In this document: positions 1 to 11,277 of the stretch, one piece after another
Position numbering within the stretch: the first letter of the stretch is position 1
Layout of the letters: each line of letters opens with the position of its first letter
Sequence record: SRR31156797_5308
Reading direction: 5' to 3' (one strand)
DNA length: 64,000 nt
The notes under the pieces: model-generated
Databases searched by the model: none
Told to the model about the DNA's origin: nothing
The model's input: only the letters and a program-made list of their open reading frames with translations
Position numbers and translations under genes: made by a program

Positions 1-33
1 GTTCACTCCTAATTGATCGATTTTATCAAACAA
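1..33 (-). CDS. tkt: Transketolase, 5' fragment (gene runs off the window start)
   Basis: TTG at 33 reads (M)FDKIDQLGVN, the Firmicute Tkt N-terminus. AGGAGG RBS at ~42-47. TTGAAA(105-110)-17bp-TATAAT(82-87) promoter. Fits the conserved lexA/ynzC/tkt order. Confidence 0.8.
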   Translation of the reverse strand, partial: MFDKIDQLGVN

Positions 34-133
34 TGGTAGTTCCTCCTAATTTAGGTTTTTTTTACCTTTATTACATCTTTTATTATACGTGATTCAGATG
101 CTTATTTCAATAGCAATGAAAAGGAATTCACAA

Positions 134-373
134 TTATCTGCCGTGGAGACCTTTTTTCTTTTGAATCTCTTTTAATTTCTCTGGTGTCACATCAGCACCT
201 TCAGGATCAACGATCTTCATTCCTTCAATATGGTGACGCATTCCTCCACGAAAGGCGGTTAAATACTCGTCACGTAGAACTTTTTGTTCGTTCGTTTCTG
301 CCTCAGTCAAACCCTCTGTTTTTTTCTTGTTGGCAAGTTCATTGATTCGAGCTAATTTTTCTTGAGATAGCAT
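134..373 (-). CDS. ynzC: DUF896 / YnzC family protein
   Basis: [18 protein letters not shown]...LRDEYL...DVTPEKL motif; divergent from lexA. Confidence 0.9.
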   Translation of the reverse strand: MLSQEKLARINELANKKKTEGLTEAETNEQKVLRDEYLTAFRGGMRHHIEGMKIVDPEGADVTPEKLKEIQKKKGLHGR

Positions 374-439
374 ATTCGTTCCTCCTTTTCCCTCTTGATT
401 TTACTACAAACTAGCGAATAAAAACAATAGTGTAAAAAG

Positions 440-453
440 CGAACATTTGTTTG
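440..453. promoter_or_regulatory. LexA (SOS/Cheo) box overlapping the lexA -35
   Basis: CGAACATTTGTTTG vs consensus CGAAC-N4-GTTCG; overlaps TTGAAT(451-456)-17bp-TACACT(474-479, TG-extended). Confidence 0.85.
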
Positions 454-500
454 AATATTCGATATACCTATGGTACACTAATGTTATCAAATGAAAGAAG

Positions 501-1130
501 GTGTCAGTTTTGGCAAAACGAACAGAAAATCGACAAATCGAAATTCTTAAGTTCATTCATACCCGTGTCACTGAAAAAGGCTATCCGCCGACTGTTCGCG
601 AAATTGGCGAAGCCGTTCAGTTATCTTCTACCTCAACTGTTCATGGCCATTTGTCCCGACTTGAAAAAAAGGGGTTGATCTTGCGAGATCCTACAAAACC
701 CAGAGCCATTGAATTAACTTCTTCCGGTCTTGAAAAAATCGATGTTCAGCCAGCATCCATTCCGATGCTTGGTGTCGTAACTGCGGGAGAACCGATTTTA
801 GCAGTGGAAGATGCATCCGATTTCTTTCCAATTCCGCCAGATTTAGCAAATAGTACCGGTAGTTTGTTTATGTTGACGATCCGAGGAGAAAGTATGATCA
901 ATGCTGGCATCCTTGACGGCGATCAAGTGATCGTTCGCAAACAACAAAGTGCGCAAAATGGTGATATTGTGATCGCTATGACAGATGAAGATGAAGCTAC
1001 TTGCAAACGATTCTATAAAGAAAAGAATTACATTCGTTTACAACCGGAAAATGATTACTTAGAACCAATCATTTTGCCTGACGTAACGATTTTAGGATTG
1101 GTTGTTGGGTTGTATCGACATCTGCTTTGA
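501..1130 (+). CDS. lexA: LexA SOS repressor
   Basis: [17 protein letters not shown] cleavage site, GESM catalytic Ser, ATCKRF catalytic Lys. Confidence 0.98.
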   Translation: MSVLAKRTENRQIEILKFIHTRVTEKGYPPTVREIGEAVQLSSTSTVHGHLSRLEKKGLILRDPTKPRAIELTSSGLEKIDVQPASIPMLGVVTAGEPILAVEDASDFFPIPPDLANSTGSLFMLTIRGESMINAGILDGDQVIVRKQQSAQNGDIVIAMTDEDEATCKRFYKEKNYIRLQPENDYLEPIILPDVTILGLVVGLYRHLL

Positions 1131-1150
1131 TGCTCAACGAGCTGACTAGG

Positions 1151-1179
1151 AAATCTTCGTTTTTACGAAGATTTTTTTT
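1151..1179 (+). terminator. Intrinsic terminator of lexA
   Basis: AAATCTTCGT-tttt-ACGAAGATTT followed by a T run. Confidence 0.8.
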
Positions 1180-1187
1180 CTTTCCTC

Positions 1188-1237
1188 TTTACAAACCGAA
1201 CAAACATTCGTATAATAAGTATACAAACATAAGTTCG
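1188..1237 (+). promoter_or_regulatory. sigmaA promoter with two LexA boxes
   Basis: TTTACA(1188-1193)-17bp-TATAAT(1211-1216); CGAACAAACATTCG at 1197-1210 and CAAACATAAGTTCG at 1224-1237. Confidence 0.85.
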
Positions 1238-1259
1238 TATTATTTAAGGAGTGAATGAG

Positions 1260-1472
1260 ATGAAAGCAGTTCGTCGATTTGGTTTTATGTTATGGGTTTT
1301 ATTGATGGGTATTGTTATTGGCTATTTTGGCGTTCTAAGTGCTGTTCTGATTTTTTGTCCTCTAATGATGCTTTGGTTCATGCTATGGGATGAAAAGAAA
1401 TTCCGCCAAGCAGAGCGCAAACGTAACCGCCATTATTATCACGATCATGATTTTTATCGTTACGAACCATGA
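1260..1472 (+). CDS. Small (70 aa) membrane protein, predicted SOS-inducible
   Basis: AAGGAG RBS then ATG at 1260; ~36-aa hydrophobic stretch followed by a basic/aromatic tail; own promoter and terminator. Confidence 0.8.
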   Translation: MKAVRRFGFMLWVLLMGIVIGYFGVLSAVLIFCPLMMLWFMLWDEKKFRQAERKRNRHYYHDHDFYRYEP

Positions 1473-1498
1473 TCCTTCCCCTACATACGCCATAAGGC

Positions 1499-1547
1499 AG
1501 AAGAAACAAAAAAGGACTCCTGCGAGTCCTTTTTTGTTTCTTCTTTT
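1499..1547. terminator. Bidirectional terminator between the small ORF and apt
   Basis: AGAAGAAACAAAAAAGGACTC-ctgc-GAGTCCTTTTTTGTTTCTTCT. Confidence 0.85.
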
Positions 1548-2060
1548 TTAGTATTCCATTAACGTCTTGATTTCAACACCTTGGATTTTATCTCTTCCAT
1601 GTAAATCCATTAGTTCGATCAAAAAGGCACAGCCCACAACGATACCGCCTAGTTTTTCTACGAGTTCAATCGTTGCTTTGATCGTTCCGCCAGTTGCTAG
1701 TAGATCGTCACAAATCAAGACACGTTGTCCTGGTTTGATAGCATCGGCATGCAACGTCAAAACATCCACGCCATACTCTTTTTCATACTCTGCTTCAATG
1801 GTTTCCCGTGGCAATTTGCCTTTTTTACGTACTGGGGCAAAGCCGACACCTAACTGGTACGCAACTGGGCAACCAACGATAAATCCGCGGGCTTCTGGTC
1901 CTACCACCATATCGATGCCTTTTTCTTGTGCATACTCAACGATCTGCTGTGTCGCATAACGATACGCTTCTCCATCAGCCATTAGCGGCGAGATGTCCCG
2001 AAAAATAATTCCCTCTTGGGGATAATCCGGAATACTAGCAATATACTCTTTTAAATCCAT
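1548..2060 (-). CDS. apt: Adenine phosphoribosyltransferase
   Basis: [35 protein letters not shown] motif; start moved to MDLKEY after GGAGG. Confidence 0.97.
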   Translation of the reverse strand: MDLKEYIASIPDYPQEGIIFRDISPLMADGEAYRYATQQIVEYAQEKGIDMVVGPEARGFIVGCPVAYQLGVGFAPVRKKGKLPRETIEAEYEKEYGVDVLTLHADAIKPGQRVLICDDLLATGGTIKATIELVEKLGGIVVGCAFLIELMDLHGRDKIQGVEIKTLMEY

Positions 2061-2071
2061 TTTTTTTCCTC

Positions 2072-4375
2072 CTAGACTGTCAACCACTGACGTAGGGTTG
2101 ATAAATCACTCATTAATAAAAATTCTTCTGTTTTGATCATTTTTTGTCGTTGCTGATACAAATGACTCTCTGTCAGCGGACGAGAAACAGGATCAGCCGT
2201 TTTATTCAAAACACCATCTTGTATTGTAACAAATTCCAGCTCAGAAAACACCTGAATCATAAAAATAAGTAATTTTTCTGGAATTTTTAGATAGTTAGCG
2301 ACCATCTTTAATTTGTAGCGAATATCCAAACGAGGCTGCTGCTTGATCAATTGAAAAAGCCGACCATATTGCTCTCTGGTTCCTACCCCGTCTAAATAGG
2401 CATCTTCCGTCGAGTAAAACACAAACGCAATTCTTGAAGCATGAAGCGCTTGAACGACCTCTTTGATCACAGCAATATCAGCAGGACAATCTAAAAACGC
2501 GATCTCTTGGAACGGACCAGCACAAAATGTATCTTTCACAGCAGCCACCGAGTCGAATAAGATCGTTTGTCCACAAAATCCTTGCAGCTCTCGAGGCAGT
2601 TTCTTATTGAAAACGACCCCTAATGTTTCATTTCCCAGAGAGACACCTTGCCGACTCCTTTTCGAACGATAATCAAACAACTGCAGCCCTTCCACTGCAA
2701 AGTCATCCAACATCAGCTGCGGTTTTTTGTTGCCATTCCATTCATTGATTGAAAGCTGACCGACGATCGATAGTCGATCATTTTCAAACTCTACTGAGTC
2801 TTTTCCAAAACCAAAACCAATCACATCTAGCTGTAGATTGGACTCATCTGTCATCACTAACTTCAAGTGCTGGTTTTCGGTACCAATCTGGCGGGCATTT
2901 TGAGTCGATAAATTGGAAAACAGAAATTTCGGTAACGGATTGTCCGTTCCGAAAGGCGCTAAAACGTTTAAAGACTCAATAAAGTTGATCGATACTTCCG
3001 CCAATGGCAGTTCCTCATCGATCGCTAAGGGGATTCCCTGACTAAGATCAATTCCATTTTCTTCCACATAGCGATTCATCTGAGCTTGTAGCATGTCCAA
3101 ATGATCAATCGGGATACTTAAGCCAACCGCCGCATGATGACCACCAAAACTGGTAAACATGTCTTTCATCGTAGCCAACATTTCAAATAGATTCAACGCA
3201 GCGACACTTCTACCTGACCCTTTTGCTAACCCATTTTCTTTTTTGGTCAAAACGATCACGGGCTGTCCGGTACTTTGCATGATACGTCCAGCTACGATTC
3301 CTAAAACCCCTTCGTGCCAGTTATCACCTACGACCAGATGAACATGATTGGCAGGGTCGATTTTTTCTTGCGCTTCTTTCATGATTTCTTCAACGAAAGT
3401 TTTTCGCTGCTGATTGATCGTATCTAATGTCTTGGCTAAGGTTACTGCTTCTTCTTCATCAAATGTGGTTAACAAACGAACAGCAGGATTAGGATCTTCC
3501 AACCGACCAATTGCATTGAGGCGGGGGCCAACAGCAAAACCAATATCGGTTTCGTTGACTGTTCGTTTTTTCAATCCACTGACCGTCAACAACTCATTCA
3601 AACCAAGCCGATCAGTTTGTTGGATCATTTTCAGGCCATTGCTGACTAGTAGTCGATTCTCATCTGTCAAAGAAACCATATCAGCAATCGTCCCAATTGC
3701 AACAAGGTCCAGCAGTTCGACGGGCACTTCTTCTAATAGGGCACAAGCCACTTTAAATGCGACACCGACTCCCGCTAAATCACCAAACGGATAGTTTCCT
3801 TCAGGGTGACGGGGATGAACGATGGCAAAGGCTTCTGGGAGTTCTGCAGGAAGTTCATGGTGATCCGTCACGATCACATCGACCCCTTGCCCTTGAGCAT
3901 AAGCAATTGCCTCATGTCCAGATACCCCATTATCAACGGTGATGATCAATTGCGTCCCTGCCGCAATTTTATCTTGATAGACAGTTATGTTGGGACCATA
4001 CCCATCTGAAAAGCGATTGGGCAGATAATATTCAGCTTCAGCCCCTAGCAACTCCAGTGTTTCTTTTAATACGGTGGTGCTCGTAATCCCATCTGCGTCA
4101 TAGTCGCCATAAATCAAGATCCGCTCACCATTTAAAATGGCTTCATGGATCCGTTCCACGGCCTTATCCATATCATGAAAGAGAAACGGATCATGAAGGT
4201 ATTGCAGATCCGTTGATAAAAAAGCGTCTAGCGCTTCTGCTGTTCGAATATTTCTTTGCCATAGCAACGCGCCGATGCGCTCAGGAATCTTTCTTGCTTG
4301 GATCAATTCTTTAAATACAGGGGTAGCTTCGCTATCTTGCGGTCGCACCCAATGAAAATTTGCACGTTTCACCAA
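2072..4375 (-). CDS. recJ: ssDNA-specific exonuclease RecJ
   Basis: [30 protein letters not shown] motifs; recJ-apt synteny. Confidence 0.97.
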   Translation of the reverse strand: MVKRANFHWVRPQDSEATPVFKELIQARKIPERIGALLWQRNIRTAEALDAFLSTDLQYLHDPFLFHDMDKAVERIHEAILNGERILIYGDYDADGITSTTVLKETLELLGAEAEYYLPNRFSDGYGPNITVYQDKIAAGTQLIITVDNGVSGHEAIAYAQGQGVDVIVTDHHELPAELPEAFAIVHPRHPEGNYPFGDLAGVGVAFKVACALLEEVPVELLDLVAIGTIADMVSLTDENRLLVSNGLKMIQQTDRLGLNELLTVSGLKKRTVNETDIGFAVGPRLNAIGRLEDPNPAVRLLTTFDEEEAVTLAKTLDTINQQRKTFVEEIMKEAQEKIDPANHVHLVVGDNWHEGVLGIVAGRIMQSTGQPVIVLTKKENGLAKGSGRSVAALNLFEMLATMKDMFTSFGGHHAAVGLSIPIDHLDMLQAQMNRYVEENGIDLSQGIPLAIDEELPLAEVSINFIESLNVLAPFGTDNPLPKFLFSNLSTQNARQIGTENQHLKLVMTDESNLQLDVIGFGFGKDSVEFENDRLSIVGQLSINEWNGNKKPQLMLDDFAVEGLQLFDYRSKRSRQGVSLGNETLGVVFNKKLPRELQGFCGQTILFDSVAAVKDTFCAGPFQEIAFLDCPADIAVIKEVVQALHASRIAFVFYSTEDAYLDGVGTREQYGRLFQLIKQQPRLDIRYKLKMVANYLKIPEKLLIFMIQVFSELEFVTIQDGVLNKTADPVSRPLTESHLYQQRQKMIKTEEFLLMSDLSTLRQWLTV

Positions 4376-4519
4376 ATCACTCCTAACTAGGTTATTATAG
4401 CAAAGTTTATGTAAAAAGGAAAAACAACGAAAGAAACAATTTATTTTTTCATGTCACAAAAAAGAGCTTGCAGCGAACGATGCGCCGGCAAACTCTTTTC
4501 TTAATTGCTCTCATGTATT

Positions 4520-4966
4520 CTAGGCTTGCGATTCAAAAGACTTCATTTCTTCATCAATCGTTGGCGGCGTTGAGGCGCCTGCAGCACGTGACGAAAGTTG
4601 CGCTTCTTGATCGTCGAGTTGTTGCTGCCTAGCTGCTAACTCCGCCTGCTTGTTGATATATTCTCGTTCCAAGGCTTCTCGTTCATCTTGCAGAACTTTC
4701 TCGTTATTCGTGCGATAATCCGAGAGCTCTTTTCTCAATTGTTTTAGTTCTTTTTTTTGACGGAACATTGCACTTGTGGAAACCAGCAACAAAATCAATG
4801 CGCCTAACAAAGCAGAACCAATAATGACTAAGATCAGTGGCGATTGAATCGTTGTGAAGCCAAAATTGATCGGAACAGTCATATTGTTTGCAACCGCAAA
4901 TAAAACGATCACTAAAATCAGTAAAATACCAACGATAACACGCCATTGATTTTTCATGGGTTTCAA
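4520..4966 (-). CDS. LapA/DUF1049-family membrane protein with coiled-coil tail
   Basis: Two TM segments with FAVAN..VPINF..PLILVI motif; sits upstream of recJ. Confidence 0.75.
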   Translation of the reverse strand: MKPMKNQWRVIVGILLILVIVLFAVANNMTVPINFGFTTIQSPLILVIIGSALLGALILLLVSTSAMFRQKKELKQLRKELSDYRTNNEKVLQDEREALEREYINKQAELAARQQQLDDQEAQLSSRAAGASTPPTIDEEMKSFESQA

Positions 4967-4969
4967 CTC

Positions 4970-5758
4970 CTATTTTTTGTTGAACATCGTTCCTGCCATA
5001 TAATCCCCGATTGCAGGAAACAGTGTATACAGTTTTGCTGCCGCCCCTAAAATATGTGGGCGATTGATTTCTCGTTTTGGATGAATCATGGCTTTGACGA
5101 TCGTTTGTGCCAATTTGTTTGGTTCAAGGACAAGGCTGCCCACCGATGATAAGTAACTACCGCTAGGATCTGCTTGGTCAAAGAATGCCGTTTCGATCGG
5201 CCCTGGGTTGACCGTTGTTACGTTGATCCCCAGTGGTTTTAGTTCTAAACGTAAGGCGTTAGAAAAACCAAGTACAGCAAATTTCGTTGCAGAGTAAACT
5301 GCGGTCTTCGGCGTAGCGATCTTACCCGCAATTGAAGCAACGTTTATGATATGACCATGCTTTTGTTCAGCCATTTGAATCGCAACTTGCTGAGTCAAAA
5401 CCATCATCCCAAGTACATTGACTTCAAACATATTACGGATGACCGCAGGATCCATCTCTGTAAACTCTTGAAAGATCCCGTAGCCAGCATTATTGACAAA
5501 GACATCGATCTTTCCGACTTTCTCACTAATTTTTTCTAATAAGCGCTCCACGCTTTCAGGATTTGCTACGTCCAATTGAAACGCATACGCTTCTTTGCCG
5601 CTTAATTCCATACATTGTTCTTTGACTTTTCCGATCAAATTCGTCCTCCGGGCACAAGTCACGACGATCGCACCACGTTTTGCGGCTTCATAACAGATTT
5701 GTTCTCCAAGTCCGGCAGAACCACCTGTTACAACGACAACTTTATTCTCCAAGTTCAT
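4970..5758 (-). CDS. Short-chain dehydrogenase/reductase (YqjQ-like)
   Basis: [17 protein letters not shown] motifs; start MNLENK. Confidence 0.9.
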   Translation of the reverse strand: MNLENKVVVVTGGSAGLGEQICYEAAKRGAIVVTCARRTNLIGKVKEQCMELSGKEAYAFQLDVANPESVERLLEKISEKVGKIDVFVNNAGYGIFQEFTEMDPAVIRNMFEVNVLGMMVLTQQVAIQMAEQKHGHIINVASIAGKIATPKTAVYSATKFAVLGFSNALRLELKPLGINVTTVNPGPIETAFFDQADPSGSYLSSVGSLVLEPNKLAQTIVKAMIHPKREINRPHILGAAAKLYTLFPAIGDYMAGTMFNKK

Positions 5759-6698
5759 CTGATTCTTCCTCTCCGGCAAAAGGGATCTCGACAATATCAA
5801 AATCTTTGACGATCAACGTATTCGGAAATACTTCTTTTGCTTCATTTACTAAATTTGTAATATCTTTGCCAACATAGCGCGCGCTGATATGGGTCAATAG
5901 CAAACGCTTGGCGTGAGCTTCTTGGGCAACTTCAGCAGCTTGTCGCGTCGTCGAATGAAAATAAGCGCGAGCCAACTTGGCTTCTTCTTTGTTGAAGGTA
6001 CTTTCATGTACCAAAACATCCGCATCTTTCGCTAAAAGCACGGCGTTTTGACATTTACGGGTGTCACCTAATATTGTCACGATCCGTCCTTTTTTGGCTT
6101 GACCTAAAAAATCAGCCCCATTGATTTGACGACCATCATCGAGGGTAACTACTTCACCTTTTTTCAAACGTCCGAAGACAGGACCAGGTTTCAGCCCAAG
6201 TTCAAGCAATGCTTGCACTTGCAACTCCCCTTGATGGCTTGCTTCGACAATACGATAGCCAAAACTATCAATCCCGTGATCAAGGCGCAGACAAGATACT
6301 TCAAATTGCTGATCTTTAAAAAGAATCCCTTCTTCTTCAATCTCAAAAAAATGCAATGGATAGCTGACTTTCGTCTGAGAAATCCGCAAAACGGTTTGAA
6401 TGTATGCTTTGATCCCCTTGGGTCCATAAATCTCTAGAGGTGTGTCTCCGCCTTGAAAGGAGCGGCTGCTGATCAATCCTGGCAATCCATAAATATGATC
6501 ACCATGAAGATGGGTAATAAAGATTTTTTCAATCTTTCTCGGTCTAATCGTAGAATGCAAGATCTGCATTTGTGTCCCTTCGCCACAATCAAAAAGCCAA
6601 ACGGCATTGCGTTCATCTAATAATCGTAACGCAGTGCTGGTCACGTTTCGATGTTTCGCAGGCACTCCAGCACCTGTTCCTAAAAATTCTAATTCCAT
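5742..6698 (-). CDS. rnz: Ribonuclease Z
   Basis: FLGTGAG, DCGEGTQ, THLHGDH, HEST, THISARY; start MELEF. Confidence 0.97.
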   Translation of the reverse strand: MELEFLGTGAGVPAKHRNVTSTALRLLDERNAVWLFDCGEGTQMQILHSTIRPRKIEKIFITHLHGDHIYGLPGLISSRSFQGGDTPLEIYGPKGIKAYIQTVLRISQTKVSYPLHFFEIEEEGILFKDQQFEVSCLRLDHGIDSFGYRIVEASHQGELQVQALLELGLKPGPVFGRLKKGEVVTLDDGRQINGADFLGQAKKGRIVTILGDTRKCQNAVLLAKDADVLVHESTFNKEEAKLARAYFHSTTRQAAEVAQEAHAKRLLLTHISARYVGKDITNLVNEAKEVFPNTLIVKDFDIVEIPFAGEEESDELGE

Positions 6699-6770
6699 AA
6701 GCTTCTTTCCTTTCATCTCTTTCCAATTTTAGCGGAAAAGAAATCAAGTTGCAATTGAAGCTTGCGGTTT

Positions 6771-7346
6771 TTATTTCTCGGATTGGCTATCGGATTCATC
6801 GTTATGGGAATTTTTCCAATCCTCTTGAACACGTGCCTTGGTGGATTCTTCGACTTTTTTGGCCGTCTCGATCTCTGCCTCGACATCATCGTAGTCAAAA
6901 CGAGTGATGTCACCGCCTAATTCATTCATGATCAGTTGGTTCAAAGGACGATTGTCCTCTTCATCGGCAATCAATAATAACCCCGTATCGCCTACACCAA
7001 TTTGGTTTCCGACGTGTTCGAAGAGCATTTGCGCATTTTGGATCTCTTTTGCGTCACGAGTAGCACCGATCATACTACCGCCAAACCAGCCCAACATGAT
7101 TCCCAAAGGCCCACCTAACACACCAACGAGCATCCCGATCAAACCACCAGTTGATGTCTTATTGTTTCCAGTAAAATCAAGAAAATCCTCGACTTTAAAT
7201 TGATGCACGCCTTCATTGGTGTGGGTAAGAACCGCCATTTGCTCTCCTTTGATCTTTCGTTCCATATGCATCCGTTTCACTTCAGAAAAGGCTTGATACG
7301 CTTTGGCACTAGCATCAAAGTTCATTACAATGACTCGTTTTGACAT
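6771..7346 (-). CDS. DUF1269/DUF456-like membrane protein (glycine zipper)
   Basis: GGLIGMLVGVLGGPLGIMLGWFGGSMIG. Confidence 0.7.
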   Translation of the reverse strand: MSKRVIVMNFDASAKAYQAFSEVKRMHMERKIKGEQMAVLTHTNEGVHQFKVEDFLDFTGNNKTSTGGLIGMLVGVLGGPLGIMLGWFGGSMIGATRDAKEIQNAQMLFEHVGNQIGVGDTGLLLIADEEDNRPLNQLIMNELGGDITRFDYDDVEAEIETAKKVEESTKARVQEDWKNSHNDESDSQSEK

Positions 7347-7420
7347 AAAAATCGCTCCCTTTGGTTTATTTGTTCTTTTCTTTATTTTAACAGTAAATCA
7401 TTTAAATGAAAAAAGAAACC

Positions 7421-7471
7421 AAAAAGACTGCTGATCATTGATTTCTTAGAGAAAATCAATGATCGGCAGTC
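7421..7471 (-). terminator. Terminator after obgE
   Basis: GACTGCTGATCATTGATTT...AAATCAATGATCGGCAGTC inverted repeat with a U tract on the - strand. Confidence 0.7.
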
Positions 7472-7526
7472 AAAACCAATTCAACTATGAAGGATTTTTT
7501 TAAAAAAATGATGTTCTTTTAAACGC

Positions 7527-8840
7527 TTATTCGACAAACTCAAATTCAAAATTACCGATACGCACAATATCACCGTCTTTGGCACCTCTCGCACGCAATG
7601 CTTCATCGACACCCAATCCACGTAATTGACGAGCAAAACGCATCACAGTCTCATCGTGATCAAAGTTCGTCATTTGGAATAGTTTTTCGATTTTCTCACC
7701 GCTCAAGATCCAAGTTGCATCAGGATCGCGATCGATTGCAAACTCCAGTTCATCCGATTGGAAGCCGTAATGAACCACATCTTCTTCGATTTCTTCATCG
7801 TACAAGAGGAACTCAGGAGTGACTTCCAATAGATCCGCTGTCGCATTCAGCAAGGCATCGATTCCCTTACGAGTGACACCAGAGATTGGGAAAATCATTG
7901 GTTCATCCGCGAACTCATCCGTTTTTTCTTTTGCCAGCTGCTCTTTGAAAAGGGCTAGGTTTTCTTCAGCATCCGGCATATCCATCTTATTGGCAACGAT
8001 GATCTGTGGGCGCTCTAGTAAGCGCAAGTTATGGGTCGACAATTCATTGTTGATGGATAAATAGTCTTCATATGGATCGCGCCCTTCCATGCCGCTCATA
8101 TCGATCACATGTAAAATGACCCGCGTCCGTTCGATATGACGTAAAAACTGAGTCCCTAAACCAACACCTTGCGAAGCACCTTCGATCAAGCCAGGCAGAT
8201 CGGCTACTGCAAAACTACGACCATCACTGGTCGTTACCATGCCTAAATTTGGCACCAGTGTTGTAAAATGATACGCGCCGATTTTTGGACGAGCAGACGA
8301 AATCACAGAGAGTAATGTTGACTTCCCAACTGAAGGGAAACCAACTAAACCAACATCTGCTAAGACTTTTAGTTCGAGCTCGATCTTTCTTTCTTGACCG
8401 GGTTCTCCGTTCTCTGCTAATTCTGGGGCTGGATTTTTTGGAGAAGCAAACCGAATGTTCCCACGGCCGCCCCGCCCGCCTTTTGCGATTACTAATGTTT
8501 GACCTTGCTCAATCAAATCACCTAATAAGGCACCTGTTTCAGCATCACGAACGGTGGTGCCTTGGGGTACTTTGATGTAAGTATCATCTGAGCCACGGCC
8601 GTGCATTCCTTTACTCATGCCATTTTCCCCGGGTTGCGCTTTAAAATGACGATTAAAGCGGAAATCCATTAATGTACGCAAACCTTCGTCTACGACTAAA
8701 ATGACATCACCGCCACGTCCCCCGTCCCCACCTGCGGGTCCGCCGTCTGGGACATATTTCTCTCGGCGAAAAGCAACCATTCCGTCGCCGCCTTTTCCTG
8801 CTTTGACATCGATTGTCACTTGATCTAAAAACATGGACAT
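7527..8840 (-). CDS. obgE: GTPase ObgE/CgtA
   Basis: Gly-rich Obg domain, [17 protein letters not shown]. Confidence 0.98.
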   Translation of the reverse strand: MSMFLDQVTIDVKAGKGGDGMVAFRREKYVPDGGPAGGDGGRGGDVILVVDEGLRTLMDFRFNRHFKAQPGENGMSKGMHGRGSDDTYIKVPQGTTVRDAETGALLGDLIEQGQTLVIAKGGRGGRGNIRFASPKNPAPELAENGEPGQERKIELELKVLADVGLVGFPSVGKSTLLSVISSARPKIGAYHFTTLVPNLGMVTTSDGRSFAVADLPGLIEGASQGVGLGTQFLRHIERTRVILHVIDMSGMEGRDPYEDYLSINNELSTHNLRLLERPQIIVANKMDMPDAEENLALFKEQLAKEKTDEFADEPMIFPISGVTRKGIDALLNATADLLEVTPEFLLYDEEIEEDVVHYGFQSDELEFAIDRDPDATWILSGEKIEKLFQMTNFDHDETVMRFARQLRGLGVDEALRARGAKDGDIVRIGNFEFEFVE

Positions 8841-9088
8841 TATTTGTCCTCCATTCTTTTTTTACTACCTTCTATACTTTTTGATTATCAGTTATCTCAC
8901 TTTAAGTGGTTACTATTTCTCTAATAAGAAAGTCTATTTTATTGTAACGACCGAAACGCCTTTTGTCTATCTTTTCTCATGGGTTTCCGTAAGAAATCGC
9001 GAATTCTTAAGGGTTATTCTTTGACAGTCACTTGAAATCGTAGCAAACTTTTAAGTGTACCAGACACAATCAAAGGAGGAAACAAGAA

Positions 9089-10099
9089 ATGACAGTAAAA
9101 GTTGGAATCAATGGTTTTGGACGAATTGGACGTTTGGCTTTTCGTAGGATCAAAGAAGTTTCTGCTGATATTGAAGTTGTGGCAATCAATGATTTGACTA
9201 GTCCAGTCATGTTAGCACATCTATTGCAATTTGACTCGACCCACGGCACGTACCCTGGAACTGTTACTGCAACGGATAATGCTATCGTTGTCGATGGCAA
9301 AGAGACCCGAGTGTACGCTGAACCAGACGCAAGCAAAATCCCTTGGGCAAAAGAAAATGGCGTCGATATCGTTTTAGAATGCACGGGTTTTTACACTTCC
9401 GCAGAAAAAGCCCAGGCCCATCTTGATGCAGGTGTCAAACGAGTCGTGATCTCCGCACCAGCTGGTAATATGAAAACGATCGTTTACAATGTCAACTCAG
9501 ACACGTTAACACCGGATGATACTATCATATCCGCAGGTTCTTGTACGACCAACTGCTTAGCTCCAATGGCCTACTTTTTAAATGAGGAATTCGGGATCGA
9601 AGTTGGTACGATGACGACGGTTCATGCGTATACTTCTACTCAAATGCTATTGGATGGTCCTGTAAAAGGCGGAAACTTAAGAGCCGCTCGTTCCGCTGCT
9701 GACAACACGATCCCTCACTCAACGGGTGCCGCCAAAGCAATCGGTTTGGTTATCCCAGAATTAAATGGCAAATTACAAGGCCACGCCCAACGGGTTCCGG
9801 TCGTCGATGGTTCTTTAACAGAATTAGTCTCAATTTTGAAAACCAAAGTAACCGCCGATGAAGTCAATGAAGCGATCAGAAAACACACCGTCGATAATCC
9901 GTCATTCGGTTACGATGACCGTGAAATCGTCTCTGGAGATGTGATTGGTACCACTCAAGGGTCTATCTTTGATCCGACACAAACAGAAGTAACCACTGCT
10001 GGCGATTTCCAACTGGTGAAAACCGTCGCTTGGTATGATAATGAATACGGCTTTACTTGCCAAATGATTCGCTTGCTAGAAGAATTTGCTCGTTTATAA
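9089..10099 (+). CDS. gap: Type I glyceraldehyde-3-phosphate dehydrogenase (stand-alone copy)
   Basis: [20 protein letters not shown]. Confidence 0.96.
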   Translation: MTVKVGINGFGRIGRLAFRRIKEVSADIEVVAINDLTSPVMLAHLLQFDSTHGTYPGTVTATDNAIVVDGKETRVYAEPDASKIPWAKENGVDIVLECTGFYTSAEKAQAHLDAGVKRVVISAPAGNMKTIVYNVNSDTLTPDDTIISAGSCTTNCLAPMAYFLNEEFGIEVGTMTTVHAYTSTQMLLDGPVKGGNLRAARSAADNTIPHSTGAAKAIGLVIPELNGKLQGHAQRVPVVDGSLTELVSILKTKVTADEVNEAIRKHTVDNPSFGYDDREIVSGDVIGTTQGSIFDPTQTEVTTAGDFQLVKTVAWYDNEYGFTCQMIRLLEEFARL

Positions 10100-10112
10100 G
10101 CTAAAGGTCAAG

Positions 10113-10151
10113 CAAAAAGTGCCGGTTCTTTTTTAGAACCGGCACTTTTTT
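10113..10151. terminator. Bidirectional terminator
   Basis: AAAAAGTGCCGGTTCT-tttt-AGAACCGGCACTTTTT. Confidence 0.85.
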
Positions 10152-11109
10152 ATTCACTTGCTGGATGATCGTATTTGTCCAAAAAAGCTGCAATTTTTTC
10201 TTTATAAAGGTCTGGATCTGTTTTGTAGCTTTTCGCATGCTCGGCACCTGAAACAACCCACTTTTCTTTTGGTGCATCGGTCGCGTTATACAAAATATCC
10301 AGCATCGAATAAGGAACAAACGTATCCGCATCGCCATGGATAAAAAAGATCGGACGCGTATTCTTTTGCAGTTGTTTGACTGCATCTGCTTCACCGAAGA
10401 AATACCCCGCTCGGATTTTTGTGACAAGACTAGTGACATTCATCAATGGAAAGGCCGGTAGACCAAACAATTGATCGAGTTGATAACCCAATTCTTCATT
10501 GACGTTGGTATACCCACAATCTTCAATAATAGAAGTGACATTTTTCGGTAAGTCTTCCCCACTGGTCATCATTACCGTGGCAGCCCCCATACTGATGCCA
10601 TACAAAGTGATCGTTTCTTCAGAACCATTTTTTGCGAGTACCTCATCGATCCATTGCAAATAATCCTTACGTTCGTGCCACCCAAAACCAATATAATCTC
10701 CTTCGCTTTGACCATGCCCTCGAGCGTCTGGAACCAAGACATTATAGCCTAAATCATGATACATCTTAGCGTAGTCCGCCATCGTTTCTGCGTTCCCCAT
10801 ATAGCCATGCGCGATGATCGCCGTTTTCCCACGATTCTTCTCCTCCGCCGGTAGATAAATGGCGGATAATTTTAAATCATCTTCAGAAGTTAGCTGCCAC
10901 ATCTCACGATTTGCTGGATCTGTAAACCAATTTTGCGATTCATTTCCCGTCTGATTTTCATCCGTACCAGGGGTATCTCCTTCCAAGAAATCTTTTTCTG
11001 AAGGAACCACCGCATAATCATAAAAATAGTTTCCTGCATACCCTAACCCCGCAATTGCTAATACAGCCACTCCGATGGCAATCTTCCAGCGCAATTTCAC
11101 ACTTGTCAC
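10150..11109 (-). CDS. Membrane-anchored alpha/beta hydrolase (YqkD-like)
   Basis: N-terminal TM, HGY, GISMG nucleophile, HGDAD, AEH. Confidence 0.88.
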   Translation of the reverse strand: MTSVKLRWKIAIGVAVLAIAGLGYAGNYFYDYAVVPSEKDFLEGDTPGTDENQTGNESQNWFTDPANREMWQLTSEDDLKLSAIYLPAEEKNRGKTAIIAHGYMGNAETMADYAKMYHDLGYNVLVPDARGHGQSEGDYIGFGWHERKDYLQWIDEVLAKNGSEETITLYGISMGAATVMMTSGEDLPKNVTSIIEDCGYTNVNEELGYQLDQLFGLPAFPLMNVTSLVTKIRAGYFFGEADAVKQLQKNTRPIFFIHGDADTFVPYSMLDILYNATDAPKEKWVVSGAEHAKSYKTDPDLYKEKIAAFLDKYDHPASE

Positions 11110-11277
11110 GTCCTCTTGTTATATAGTTTACATAATATTATTATGGTTTCGTCATTCCTCAAGGAAAGAACCCACTACATAAATTACCGTTTTTTGCTCA
11201 TGTTTGTCAATCGCAAGCGACCAAAAAGAAAACCATTGCCAACAATCTTTGTTGGCAATGGCTGATTTTCGTGGTAA

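Noticed and set aside
451-678. 75-aa ORF overlapping the lexA start, and the many other short alternative-frame or antisense ORFs in the track
   Set aside because: They lie inside well-supported genes, lack RBSs and show shadow-ORF composition
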